64,000 nt of DNA, taken from NCBI GenBank assembly GCA_005223185.1, contig NJBN01000009.1, forward strand, positions 1,321-65,320. Direction: 5' to 3'. This stretch comes from a candidate division LCP-89 bacterium B3_LCP (lineage in GTDB: Bacteria > Electryoneota > B3-LCP). Position 1 is the stretch's first letter. Each line of letters begins with the position of its first letter. The notes beneath the pieces are model-generated. The model made no database searches. It was not told the origin of the DNA and worked only from the letters and a program-made list of their open reading frames with translations. Shown here piece by piece: positions 1-9,533 of the stretch. Position numbers and translations under genes: made by a program.

Positions 1-906
1 GAAGTTTGGAAGGAATGGAAGATATCTGATAAACTGACCCTGCCCGATGTAATCGCAAAAGCTAAGCAGATGGGATACTCAGAGAATGATACCCTGTTCG
101 ATGTCCTGTATGCTACAAAAGAAGCAAAATCGTATAAGTGGCCCGATCCCATCGGAGAAGGTTTCCTTAACACAGAGGTTGCCGGTGATTCACGCAACGT
201 GGAAGGATTCCAGGGTTACGGATTCTTCGTCCATAAGTCCATGTGGGAAGAATACCGGAAATTCGGATTGGGACACCAACACGACTTAGCTGACTTCGAC
301 ACCTATCACAAAATACGCGGGCTGAAATGGCCGGTGATTGATGGAAAAGAAACAGCCTGGCGCTTCAATTCAGACTACGATCCTTATGCGAGGAAAATCG
401 CCACTGATTTCGCATTTTACGGACCTGCTCTTAAAGCAATACCTAAAGGTGACTTAAAAGGTCCGAAGACCAAAGAAAAAACGAAATTAACTAACAAGGC
501 CAAGATCTTCTTCCGCCCCTATATGGAAGCACCCGAAATGCCGGACAAAAAATATCCCTTCTGGTTGTGCACTGGAAGAGTGCTTGAACACTGGCATACT
601 GGCACCATGACTATGCGCGTTCCCGAACTCTACCGAGCTGCCCCGGAGGCTTTGTGCTTTATGAATGCCAAAGATGCTTCCGATAACGGCTTGAAGTACG
701 GAGACATGATCTGGGTCGAGAGCCGCAGAGGCAAAGTCAAAGTGAGGATTGAGACCCGCGGGCGCAACAGGATGCCCGAAGGAACGGTCTTCATCCCCTT
801 CTTCGATGAGAGGGTTTTCATCAACAAGGTAACTTTAGATGCTACCTGCCCCATTTCGAAGGAGACGGACTTCAAAAAATGCGCGGTGAAAATATATAAA
901 GCGTGA
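1..906 (+). CDS. napA: Periplasmic nitrate reductase catalytic subunit NapA, C-terminal part. The 5' end lies outside the window.
   Basis: Frame 1 is open from base 1. The C-terminus (…[22 protein letters not shown]…[18 protein letters not shown]…[24 protein letters not shown]) is near-identical in pattern to the NapA C-terminal molybdopterin-binding domain. TGA stop at 904-906. Confidence 0.85.
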   Translation, partial: EVWKEWKISDKLTLPDVIAKAKQMGYSENDTLFDVLYATKEAKSYKWPDPIGEGFLNTEVAGDSRNVEGFQGYGFFVHKSMWEEYRKFGLGHQHDLADFDTYHKIRGLKWPVIDGKETAWRFNSDYDPYARKIATDFAFYGPALKAIPKGDLKGPKTKEKTKLTNKAKIFFRPYMEAPEMPDKKYPFWLCTGRVLEHWHTGTMTMRVPELYRAAPEALCFMNAKDASDNGLKYGDMIWVESRRGKVKVRIETRGRNRMPEGTVFIPFFDERVFINKVTLDATCPISKETDFKKCAVKIYKA

Positions 907-1721
907 TAGTTAACTTGGCGGATACTGAGCAGAAAAAACGCCGTGTTTTTCTCAATCAGTTGCTGAAAAGCATCGGTTTAGCGACGGTCGGAGGCATCGC
1001 CTGGGGCGGTTTGGTCGATAAAATGGCTTCAGCTCCGTTATGTCTCCGCCCGCCCGGTGCATTGAGTGAGAGGGAGTTCTTAGCAAAGTGTGTCAGATGC
1101 GGTCTCTGTGTGCAGGCTTGCCCATATGATACCTTAAAACTTGGGAGCCCTGGGGACGACAGACCTTTAGGTACGCCTTATTTCATCCCGCGCCAGATTC
1201 CCTGTTATATGTGCGAGGATATTCCCTGCGTTGAAGCATGCCCTTCCGGGTCGCTCGACAAAGCCTCTGTGAGTAGGGAGGAGAACGGTAAACTTGTATG
1301 GGACATAAAACAATCGCGTATGGGCATTGCCGTTCTGGATCGGCAGTCATGTGTTGCCTTCTGGGGCTTGCAATGCGAAGCGTGCTACCGCGCCTGTCCG
1401 CTGATAGATCAGGCCATAAACCTGAAATACGACCGGAATGTGAGAACCGGAAAACACGCTCTGCTTCTACCTAAGATAAACCCGGAATTCTGTACCGGCT
1501 GTGGTCTCTGTGAACGTGCCTGCATAACTCAGAAACCAAGTATATTCGTCTTGCCATTTTCCGTTGCCCAAGGTGAAGTAGGAACTAATTATATTAAAGG
1601 CTGGGACGAACTTGACGAAAACAGGCTGAAAGGAGTTACCGAAGAGGGCACATTTCAGACTGAAAGAAGCAAGTTAGACCCGGTGGATTATCTTAACATG
1701 GACGATTTAACAGGTGAGTAG
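903..1721 (+). CDS. napG: Ferredoxin-type 4Fe-4S subunit NapG, with TAT signal
   Basis: GTG start overlaps the napA stop (GTGA). Twin-arginine motif [10 protein letters not shown]. Four Cys clusters of the CxxCxxCxxxCP type. 272 aa, typical for NapG. Confidence 0.8.
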   Translation: MIVNLADTEQKKRRVFLNQLLKSIGLATVGGIAWGGLVDKMASAPLCLRPPGALSEREFLAKCVRCGLCVQACPYDTLKLGSPGDDRPLGTPYFIPRQIPCYMCEDIPCVEACPSGSLDKASVSREENGKLVWDIKQSRMGIAVLDRQSCVAFWGLQCEACYRACPLIDQAINLKYDRNVRTGKHALLLPKINPEFCTGCGLCERACITQKPSIFVLPFSVAQGEVGTNYIKGWDELDENRLKGVTEEGTFQTERSKLDPVDYLNMDDLTGE

Positions 1722-2532
1722 AGGTTATTTCTATTATCATAGATTTATCATCAGTAGAAGGATTGTGCAGTTATCAATTCTTCTCTTGTATATTCTGGCT
1801 CGTCATACTGATCTTGACATTCTAAAGGGCGACCTGACTTTCTCCGAGTTGCTTGGGGTGATCCCATTTGCTGATCCCTATGCTGTTTTACAGATTATTG
1901 CGACCGGGTCGATACCCGGTAAGTCGCTGATTATCGGCGGATTGATAATTCTCCTGTTCTACGCGCTGATAGGCGGTAGAGTGTTCTGTTCCTGGGTGTG
2001 CCCCATGAACATAGTCACGGATTCAGCAAGTGCCTTGAGGCGTAAGCTGAAGATAGATCAGGACGACAAGCCCACACGGATCAGCCGGAAAATCAGGTAT
2101 TGGGCTTTAGGGCTGTCTTTAATCTTATCTCTGATATTCGGGTTGGCCGCATTTGAGAGTATCAGCCCCGTATCGATATTGCACAGAGGTATTATTTATG
2201 GATTTGGATACGGCTGGCTCGTGGTACTGGCGATATTTTTAATTGACTTATTTGTCCTGAAGAATGGGTTTTGCGGAAATCTTTGTCCTTTAGGTGCTTT
2301 TTATGCGTTCATATCAAAATTCAGTGTCGTAAGGATTAAACATATTAAGGAAAAATGCAACTTGTGCATGGATTGTCGCGTCATCTGTCCCGAACCGCAC
2401 GTGCTTCCCATGATTGGAAAACATGATGCTCTGGTACTTTCAGGTGAATGCAACAACTGCGGTAGGTGTATTGAAGTATGCAAAGACGATTCAATGATGT
2501 TCAGTTTGCGCACTAAATCTGTTAATAAATGA
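1714..2532 (+). CDS. napH: Membrane quinol dehydrogenase subunit NapH
   Basis: Four predicted TM helices. Conserved RVFCSWVCP and GFCGNLCPLGA motifs. C-terminal 2x CxxCxxC ferredoxin motifs (CNLCMDCRVICPEPH; CNNCGRCIEVC). Its start overlaps the napG stop. Confidence 0.85.
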   Translation: MSRGYFYYHRFIISRRIVQLSILLLYILARHTDLDILKGDLTFSELLGVIPFADPYAVLQIIATGSIPGKSLIIGGLIILLFYALIGGRVFCSWVCPMNIVTDSASALRRKLKIDQDDKPTRISRKIRYWALGLSLILSLIFGLAAFESISPVSILHRGIIYGFGYGWLVVLAIFLIDLFVLKNGFCGNLCPLGAFYAFISKFSVVRIKHIKEKCNLCMDCRVICPEPHVLPMIGKHDALVLSGECNNCGRCIEVCKDDSMMFSLRTKSVNK

Positions 2533-3119
2533 TAGAAATAATAAGAGAAAACAACATAACAAAAAGGGTTATGCCGATGCAGAAGGGAATTTTAAGAGTA
2601 AGAGCTTTGAAAGTGCTGGCGGCAATGCTGCTGGTGATACCTTTTCTGATCTGCTCATGCAGCGGGGATAAAACCATAGAAGATGGCGATCTGGGAATAA
2701 GAAAAGGAACTCTTCTAACAGAGGACGTTCTGGTCCCTGAATCTACCACTTCGCTGGTTGAAGCTGGTGCAAGTGAAAGGGTGGCCAGGTCCTTCGAAAA
2801 CGCACCGCCGATGATTCCGCACGAAATCACCGATTATGTGCCGATCACGATTGAAGAGAATGCCTGCACCGAATGCCACATGCCGGAAGTAGCAGAAGAT
2901 GCTGAAGCTACGCCAGTGCCAGCCTCTCACCTGTATGATCTGCGCGAGAATCAACAGTTAAGTGAGCTAAGTGGCGCGGCTTTTAACTGCACGCTGTGTC
3001 ACGCCGCCATGACAGATGCTTCCCTTATTGTTGAGAATGAATTCACGCCAGAATTCAGGGATGATGGCGATGAGCACTCTTCAGATCTTCTTGATAGACT
3101 CAACGAGGGTATCGAATAA
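2529..3119 (+). CDS. napB: Diheme cytochrome c NapB-like
   Basis: Two CxxCH motifs (CTECH, CTLCH). Signal/lipoprotein-like N-terminus (…LLVIPFLICSCSG). ATGA overlap with the napH stop. Alternative internal starts at 2571/2577. Longer than typical NapB, so the true start is uncertain. Confidence 0.65.
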   Translation: MIEIIRENNITKRVMPMQKGILRVRALKVLAAMLLVIPFLICSCSGDKTIEDGDLGIRKGTLLTEDVLVPESTTSLVEAGASERVARSFENAPPMIPHEITDYVPITIEENACTECHMPEVAEDAEATPVPASHLYDLRENQQLSELSGAAFNCTLCHAAMTDASLIVENEFTPEFRDDGDEHSSDLLDRLNEGIE

Positions 3120-3616
3120 ACGGCAAAAGCCTACATCGAAGGGATCTGTTCAAAGCGCTGGTTCAGCCGTTCAGGAATGTCCTGGATCGGAGACCTGTCC
3201 GGCCGCCCTACAATGATGATTCTTCCCTGTTTGATAGCGTCTGTCCGAAATGTGATGAACGCAACTGTGTAACCGCTTGCCCTGAGAAGATCATTGTTAT
3301 CGATAGCAACGGGATTCCTCATCTCGATTTCACCCTAGGTGGGTGTACTTTCTGCGATGCTTGTAAGGAAAGTTGTCCGCACGGTGTACTGAGTTTTGAC
3401 GCTTCTGCAGCCATACGTGGAAGGATAACACTAGATAAGGGGGAATGCATCGCCTGGCAGGATGTGATCTGTAACTTCTGTGGTATATCTTGCGATGAAA
3501 GCGCCATAGAGTTTAGAGGAATGATAAAGCCGCACGTCAATATAGATAAATGCAATTTCTGTGGTAAATGTATCAAGAGCTGCTCCTCAAATGCAATCAG
3601 TATCAATGCAGCGTAA
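3116..3616 (+). CDS. napF: Ferredoxin-type protein NapF-like. No canonical start codon is present.
   Basis: Frame 2 is open from 3098 to the TAA at 3614-3616. The translation (…SLHRRDLF…PVRPPYNDDSSLFDSVCPKCDERNCVTACPEKII…CTFCDACKESCPHG…CNFCGISCDES…CNFCGKCIKSCS) aligns with E. coli NapF, including the GIRPPW…C.RCD.C region and three or four 4Fe-4S motifs. No ATG, GTG or TTG occurs in frame before the first Cys motif, which is why the ORF is missing from the ORF track. The start given is nominal (an ATA codon). Confidence 0.55.
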   Translation: MNGKSLHRRDLFKALVQPFRNVLDRRPVRPPYNDDSSLFDSVCPKCDERNCVTACPEKIIVIDSNGIPHLDFTLGGCTFCDACKESCPHGVLSFDASAAIRGRITLDKGECIAWQDVICNFCGISCDESAIEFRGMIKPHVNIDKCNFCGKCIKSCSSNAISINAA

Positions 3617-4610
3617 CAGGCATACTTTGAATGACTTGAAAGCCTACATCCTTGTTCTCCTTACAGTTGTAACTGCCATATTATTACTTCCAAATGAGGT
3701 CCAATCCAGCCAACCTATAAGAATAAACAGCTTTAAGATAGCAGCTCCCGCCAGTGATTTAATAATTCGTGGCGGGATTGTTATTGCCGGGACCAATGCT
3801 GGGATCGTTTGCAGCTATGATTTAAAAAACGGGACTCTCCTTAAACAGATTAAACTGCCCGAAATCCTCGATTTTATGGGAGACCCCTACGCGCCTTCGA
3901 TATTATCGATCGATTACCTGGAAGACAGATACCTGATTGTGGCAGAAGGCGGCAGAGGTTCCAGAAATATATTTCTTTACACTGGTGACGTTCTTGAAGA
4001 AATACTGCAAGATAAGAGTGATTTGTTGATCAGAAAGGCGAAGTTCATCGATCACGATAGAATCCTCTTAGCACTGGTAAGCAATGAACTAATCTTGTGT
4101 AAAATGCGGGGAGGAGAGGAAATATATCGCCGTCAGGTAAGCCCATCGCTGTTTTCCGATTTTGATGTGGGTGATGGCAAGAGCACAGTTGCAGTTGCTT
4201 GTGAATCGGGATCTATCTTCTTGTTGGATGTGGCTACCGGCAGTGAGATCAGCGAATTACAGGGTGGAAACAAGGATTTGGTGTATGACCTTGAATATTC
4301 TAAAGGTAAGATAATCACAGGTGGCAAGGACAGGCTGTGCGCCCTCTATGACGTCGATACCGGTTCCTTTGAGACGTACCAAGCAGAATTTTTAGTGTTT
4401 GCCGTGGCACTGAATCCATCAGCATCTTGGGGCGCATTCACTGCTGACGAATCGGGAACGGTCAGCATAATTTCCGTCATCGACAGGAGCATAACGGCGA
4501 CTATTCCCGGTGGTGGAGCCCCTATGAATAATCTAAGATTTATCGATGATACAACTCTGCTGTGTTCATCGGAAAGCGCTGAAATAACAATCTGGAGGGT
4601 CGGCAAATGA
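3606..4610 (+). CDS. napL: Periplasmic beta-propeller-like protein NapL-like
   Basis: Its position between napF and napD matches napAGHBFLD operons. The ATG at 3606 overlaps the napF stop (ATGCAGCGTAA). Signal peptide (KAYILVLLTVVTAILLLP). The repeat-rich sequence is consistent with a propeller fold. Function is assigned by synteny only. Confidence 0.5.
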   Translation: MQRNRHTLNDLKAYILVLLTVVTAILLLPNEVQSSQPIRINSFKIAAPASDLIIRGGIVIAGTNAGIVCSYDLKNGTLLKQIKLPEILDFMGDPYAPSILSIDYLEDRYLIVAEGGRGSRNIFLYTGDVLEEILQDKSDLLIRKAKFIDHDRILLALVSNELILCKMRGGEEIYRRQVSPSLFSDFDVGDGKSTVAVACESGSIFLLDVATGSEISELQGGNKDLVYDLEYSKGKIITGGKDRLCALYDVDTGSFETYQAEFLVFAVALNPSASWGAFTADESGTVSIISVIDRSITATIPGGGAPMNNLRFIDDTTLLCSSESAEITIWRVGK

Positions 4611-4891
4611 GTGTTTCCGGGGTGATAGTCAGGACGATGCCTGAGAAGGTCAGTGACGTGATAAAATCTCTCGAGGAATCGGGATTGTGTGATGTTTTCT
4701 TCAGTGATGCCACGGGTAAAATTGTGGTCACCATTGAAGGTGATACTACCGAAGAGGAGATGCGCAAATTCAAGGAGATACAGAACATTCCCGACGTAAT
4801 CAGCGTTGATTTAGCATACTCCCATACTGACGATAATTTCAATAGAAATGGTAAAGATACAGGAGACATACCTGATTTTCTCAAGGATTAG
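4607..4891 (+). CDS. napD: NapA TAT-signal chaperone NapD
   Basis: 94 aa. ATGA overlap with the napL stop. The pattern VSG.IV…V…L…G…V……GKIVVTIEGDT…E……IQNIPDVISVDLAY matches the NapD ferredoxin-like fold family. Confidence 0.6.
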   Translation: MSVSGVIVRTMPEKVSDVIKSLEESGLCDVFFSDATGKIVVTIEGDTTEEEMRKFKEIQNIPDVISVDLAYSHTDDNFNRNGKDTGDIPDFLKD

Positions 4892-5123
4892 GTGTGGGAT
4901 GTCGGCTGATACCCGGAATATTGGGCTGCACTTCGCTATAACCCAACCCACCTTGCTTTCAGGATACAGCACACCTCATAATCCATCCAACCTCAAGCGC
5001 TAAAACTCTTGCGTAATACCAATCTATTTCTTAACTTTCAATGCAGCAGATTGAAAAGTTCTGAAAATGGCAGAAATGTCCGCCAGATGCATCTTCACTG
5101 TTTAGATAAATCGTAGGTTATCT

Positions 5124-6329
5124 ATGGCATCGAAATTCGATTCACTTAGCAGGGATTTTAACTGGCGTTCCAGGAAGGTGGAATGGCCGGTTACGACAGC
5201 TACAGCGCAGGGGTTGTCCGGTGTTATCGCCTGCGAAACCAAGGTGGCATGGGTCAATCCAAATACAGGTGACCTTTACTATCGCGGAATACCTATCGAG
5301 AAGCTTGCTGATAACGCTACTTTTGAAGAGGTGGCGTATCTGCTTGTAGAAGGCAAGAACTGGAAAAGTCGTCCATCAGAATTCCAGCGCTTCTGCGATG
5401 GGTTACACCGCGTCCGGCAGATGCCTGCGGAGGTTCTGCAGATTATCGCTTCGCAGCCGGGGGACGCCCATCCGACCAGATTGCTTCGAGCCGCTGTCTC
5501 CGCACTTGGATGTTACGAGATGCAGCCAGGTAATAATCAGGAGAAAAAACACCCCTGGGAAGATGTATGGATCATCAGCCAGGTGGCGGCTTTAGTCGGT
5601 CATATAGCGCGCTATAGAAACGGTCTCAGGCCTCAAATCACCGACTATCGGCAGTCGCTCGCTAAAGACATGCTTTACATGATCTTAAATACTAAGCCAT
5701 CCAGAGAACAAGTCAGGCTTCTCGATCTTTTATGGGTGCTTTACGCTGATCATGGTTTAGATGCGCCCACCTTCACCGGCATGGTGATTGCGAGTACTGA
5801 AGCGGATCCATATTACAACATCGTAGCAGGTTTGAGCGCTCTGAGAGGTCCTTTGCTTGGTGGCGCCGCTGAAAGAGTAATCCATATGTTGAATGGACTT
5901 CGTGATGCAAACGTTGCCAAAGCCTGGACTATTGGAATGGTAGAGAGAGGATACGTTATTCCCGGGTTCGGACATCGCATGTACCATCAACCCAATCCCA
6001 GAGTGGATATCCTGCGAAAACTCCTTCCGGAATTTGCCACCAGCTCTGAGCAGAAGTTGTTGGTTGAGGTTGCCTCAAGCGTTGAAGAGACAGCCTCTTC
6101 TGTTCTCAATCCGAAGGGGATATATGCCAATCTCCACTTTCATGCAGCGTTGCTTTTCCACTTTTTAGGCGTTGAACCTGAGATGGTTCCCTGTTTTTAC
6201 GCTATCGGGAGAATGGCTGGTTTGGTAGCACGTGTCCGAGAATATCTCCGCGACAACCGGCTTATATATCCTATAGAAGAATATACCGGCAAAACTGAAT
6301 TGACCTATACCAGTATGGAGAAGAGATGA
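5124..6329 (+). CDS. Citrate synthase family protein. Divergent: catalytic His and Asp equivalents are substituted.
   Basis: GL.GV…ETK.A..N…G.L.YRGI.IE.L…ATFEEVAYLL and PGFGHRMY motifs are present. LRGPLLGGAAE replaces the canonical GPLHGGAN. NLHFHAA replaces NVDFYSG. Confidence 0.7.
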   Translation: MASKFDSLSRDFNWRSRKVEWPVTTATAQGLSGVIACETKVAWVNPNTGDLYYRGIPIEKLADNATFEEVAYLLVEGKNWKSRPSEFQRFCDGLHRVRQMPAEVLQIIASQPGDAHPTRLLRAAVSALGCYEMQPGNNQEKKHPWEDVWIISQVAALVGHIARYRNGLRPQITDYRQSLAKDMLYMILNTKPSREQVRLLDLLWVLYADHGLDAPTFTGMVIASTEADPYYNIVAGLSALRGPLLGGAAERVIHMLNGLRDANVAKAWTIGMVERGYVIPGFGHRMYHQPNPRVDILRKLLPEFATSSEQKLLVEVASSVEETASSVLNPKGIYANLHFHAALLFHFLGVEPEMVPCFYAIGRMAGLVARVREYLRDNRLIYPIEEYTGKTELTYTSMEKR

Positions 6330-7444
6330 AACCGATCAAAGAGCCAAGAGAACAAACGTATGACCGTGGGCTGGAGAACCTCATCGTCGGTGAGACCGGT
6401 ATAGGCAAAATTGACGGCGAAGAGGGAAAACTCTGGTACCGGGGGTATGATATCGAGGAATTAGCACAATACAGCACATTTGATGAGGTAGCCTATCTTA
6501 TAATTCATGGTGCTTTACCCACCAGTTCTCAATATGAAAGGTGGCTGCTGGAACTGCAAGTTTGGCACGGGCCTCCGGTTGAAGCTATGACGGTACTCAA
6601 GTGGCTCCCCGCTAACACTCAAGCTCTGATGCTCTACAGGACTATGCTCTCGATCGCCGCCTGTCACATACCAGAAAGCGAAAACACCCGCCTGGATGCT
6701 CAATGGCGTCGTCCGGCACGTATTTTATCATGGTGTTCTACGCTGGCTGCTGCTGCTATATGCCATATTCGTGGAAAAGAGCCCAATCCTTTCAATCCTG
6801 AAAAATTATTCTCAGCCAATTTTCTTTCCCAATCATTGGGCAAGGAGCCTACGGAGTATGAAATAAAAGTATTTGACATCAGCATGATCGTGCAGGCTGA
6901 ACATGGGGTTCACACGGCAGCCTTAGCTGCGCTTGCTACTATCTCAACAGGAGCTGATCTTGGAAGCGCTGTTCTTGCAGGGATGGGAGCCCTTTCGGGT
7001 AAACTGCACGGTGGCGCTAACCAGCTTGCCTTTCAAAATCTCATCCAACACCAATCCGTCGAGGAAGCGAGAGCCTGGACTGCTAAAAGACTGAGTGAGG
7101 GATATAAATTTCCCGGATTCGGTCATCGTATCTATAAAACTCACGATCCCAGAGTAATAATCCTTGAACCCTATGTGGAGAAACTGCTTGCGGATAAAGG
7201 GGATAAGTTGCTGTGGGATATCTATCGGACTGTGCGTGATGAGGTTGAATCGAAGCTAGGAAATAAAGGAATTTATATCAATGCTGACGGCATAACAGGA
7301 ATAATCTACCATGCCCTGGGATTTCCACCGGAATCATTCCGCATTCCATTCCTGCTGGCAATCCAAGTGGGGTGGATGGCACACTGCTTAGAGTATCTAT
7401 CTGACGGAAAAATGATCGAACCGGGAGCAATTTACACAGGATAG
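6326..7444 (+). CDS. Citrate synthase family protein (canonical catalytic residues present)
   Basis: GKLHGGANQ, PGFGHRIYKTHDPRV and NADGITG motifs are conserved. ATGA overlap with the upstream paralog. Confidence 0.75.
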   Translation: MKPIKEPREQTYDRGLENLIVGETGIGKIDGEEGKLWYRGYDIEELAQYSTFDEVAYLIIHGALPTSSQYERWLLELQVWHGPPVEAMTVLKWLPANTQALMLYRTMLSIAACHIPESENTRLDAQWRRPARILSWCSTLAAAAICHIRGKEPNPFNPEKLFSANFLSQSLGKEPTEYEIKVFDISMIVQAEHGVHTAALAALATISTGADLGSAVLAGMGALSGKLHGGANQLAFQNLIQHQSVEEARAWTAKRLSEGYKFPGFGHRIYKTHDPRVIILEPYVEKLLADKGDKLLWDIYRTVRDEVESKLGNKGIYINADGITGIIYHALGFPPESFRIPFLLAIQVGWMAHCLEYLSDGKMIEPGAIYTG

Positions 7445-7450
7445 AGATAA

Positions 7451-7490
7451 AAATGTATGTAGTGATACACATTGAGTATCACTACATACA
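7451..7490. terminator. Near-perfect 15-16 bp inverted repeat hairpin between convergent genes
   Basis: ATGTATGTAGTGATAC-acattga-GTATCACTACATACA, seen directly in the sequence. It lies between the citrate synthase 2 stop (7444) and the response regulator stop (7554). Confidence 0.5.
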
Positions 7491-7553
7491 CTTAAAACAG
7501 GCTTCATGTTGGACTTTCAGAGCATCCGGCAGTTGGTTCCGGGGAGTGGAGCT

Positions 7554-8003
7554 TTAGTTTCCGATGAGCTCTGTGACCTTCGCCACGACTTCTTCAGGTT
7601 CTATGGGCTTGTCGATAAACATTTCGGGTCTGACAAGCTCATCCTCTTGCATCGTCTTTATGGTCTCGCGTAATTTTTCCCGCAAACTATCATAAGGTCT
7701 CTCGAGAGTATCTTCACTCTGGGTATCAAGGTCCTCCAGGGTTTCCGCTACGCCTGTCAACATGATCACTTTCAGATCCTTGAATCTTTCATCCTTACGA
7801 ATCTGTTTATAGAGCACAAATCCTGATTTCTTAGGCATCATTATATCCAGGATAAGCAGATCCGGATTCTCACTCTTAATTTTCTCTATCCCTTCTACGC
7901 CATCGTACGCCCCAATCGGTTCGTAGCCATTCTCCTGCAAAGCTACTGAAAGAAATTTTACCGTATTCACATCATCATCAACTATGAGAACTTTTTTCGC
8001 CAT
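7554..8003 (-). CDS. Stand-alone CheY-like response regulator receiver
   Basis: LIVDDD…D…MP….G motif set (KVLIVDDDVNT; LLILDIMMPKKSG; KVIMLTG). No output domain. Confidence 0.8.
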   Translation of the reverse strand: MAKKVLIVDDDVNTVKFLSVALQENGYEPIGAYDGVEGIEKIKSENPDLLILDIMMPKKSGFVLYKQIRKDERFKDLKVIMLTGVAETLEDLDTQSEDTLERPYDSLREKLRETIKTMQEDELVRPEMFIDKPIEPEEVVAKVTELIGN

Positions 8004-9456
8004 CTATCTTCTCCTCGTTTATTTTAGTCTTATTTATGGGAAGCGTGATACGAAATACTGTACCACAGTTTGGTTTTGAATCTACCTCGATCTCTCCGTT
8101 ATGAGCCTCTATCATTCTCGAAGTAATCGACAAGCCCAAGCCCGTACCGGTCCTGGTTTTTGTGCTGAAGAAAGGGGTAAAAATGTTCTTCTTCACCTCT
8201 TTAGGCATTCCGCAGCCGTTGTCTTCGATCTCGATAACTGCTTTCTGACCGTCATGGTCCAGGTATGCGCTTAATACGATTTCAGGCGTCTCTCCGTCCA
8301 GAAATTCTTTCAGAACGCAGGCGTCCAGAGCATTGGACACTATGTCCATCACCGCTGAATGTATCATCCTGGCATCGCATAATACGGGAGGTAATTCGGA
8401 GGATAAATCCTGCCTGAATTGCACTCCTTTATCTTTCGCTGTCTGTTTTATTACGTTATCTATTTCAGAAAATATCTTAGACAGTTTTACCTGTTCGAAT
8501 TTGGGCTTCCATTCCTTCACGTACTTGAGCATGTGCATCGACATGTCAGTCAGACACGTGATCCCTTCCTGAACGATATCCCACCCCTCTTTGAGCATCT
8601 GTTGGTCATCCTTTGACAAACCGAGTCTGACCATGTAGGCGCCGCCCTTACAAGCATTCAGCATGTTTTTCATAGAATGTTGAATCCCCGTGAAGACCTG
8701 TCCGATAGCAGCATAACGCTGAGAATGAAGCAGTTGATCCTGCAGATGTTTCTCCGCAGTGATGTCCTTGCTGATCCCAATAGTGCCAATTACCTTGCCC
8801 GTTGGATCCCGCAGCCGTGAGATGGTATTCAGCACGTCTCTGACATCTCCGTTCTTCGTCCTGAACTGCGTCTCATAGTTCATCACATTGTCAGTCGGTC
8901 CCATCTTCTGGAGCGCCACTTCTCTGTCATGAGGATCAACGAAGAGCATTTCGATTGGTTTCCCAATCACATCCTGCCGCTGGTAGCCTAAGGCGGTTTC
9001 CGCTCCCTTGTTAATAGTCAGAATCTTGCCTTCAGGGCTAACTGTTATGATGATGTCCGCAGTACTCTCTAAGATGCCCTCTAAGAAATCCTTGTTTTTT
9101 CGCAGCTCTGCCTGGGATGACGCAAGCATAGAAGCCATATTATTGAATGAAGAGGCTAACGTGTTAAATTCATTTCTCTCGTCTTCATTCAACTGCGAAT
9201 CGAATTCATTTTCAGCCAGTTTATTCATACTATTAGCCAATTTACGAACAGGTTGTTTGATGAAGAAATATACAAAGAACCAGGCGGCTCCGCAACTAAG
9301 TATAATGGCAATTGCTATGGTGAAAAAGGTCTGCAGACTCCATTTGGAAACTGGATCTTCTCTTACACCCAAGAGGGCATCTACCAGCAGAACGAGCAAG
9401 CTGATAATTATGAAGACAAAGCTCAGTTTCCAGAAGATGGGGATTCGTTTCAACAT
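7978..9456 (-). CDS. Sensor histidine kinase (TM, PAS, HisKA-like, HATPase_c)
   Basis: Two N-terminal TM segments. PAS-like region (ILESTADIIITVSPEGKILTINKGAE). The C-terminus has the N/G1/G2 boxes of HATPase_c (DNGCGMP…GTGLGLSI). Confidence 0.8.
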   Translation of the reverse strand: MLKRIPIFWKLSFVFIIISLLVLLVDALLGVREDPVSKWSLQTFFTIAIAIILSCGAAWFFVYFFIKQPVRKLANSMNKLAENEFDSQLNEDERNEFNTLASSFNNMASMLASSQAELRKNKDFLEGILESTADIIITVSPEGKILTINKGAETALGYQRQDVIGKPIEMLFVDPHDREVALQKMGPTDNVMNYETQFRTKNGDVRDVLNTISRLRDPTGKVIGTIGISKDITAEKHLQDQLLHSQRYAAIGQVFTGIQHSMKNMLNACKGGAYMVRLGLSKDDQQMLKEGWDIVQEGITCLTDMSMHMLKYVKEWKPKFEQVKLSKIFSEIDNVIKQTAKDKGVQFRQDLSSELPPVLCDARMIHSAVMDIVSNALDACVLKEFLDGETPEIVLSAYLDHDGQKAVIEIEDNGCGMPKEVKKNIFTPFFSTKTRTGTGLGLSITSRMIEAHNGEIEVDSKPNCGTVFRITLPINKTKINEEKIDGEKSSHS

Positions 9457-9533
9457 AAACAGCGTGCATTAATAAGTTTATGTAATGAATGAGAGATTAG
9501 CTTTGTGTTCAAATCAGATATCTGCCTTCAGCG

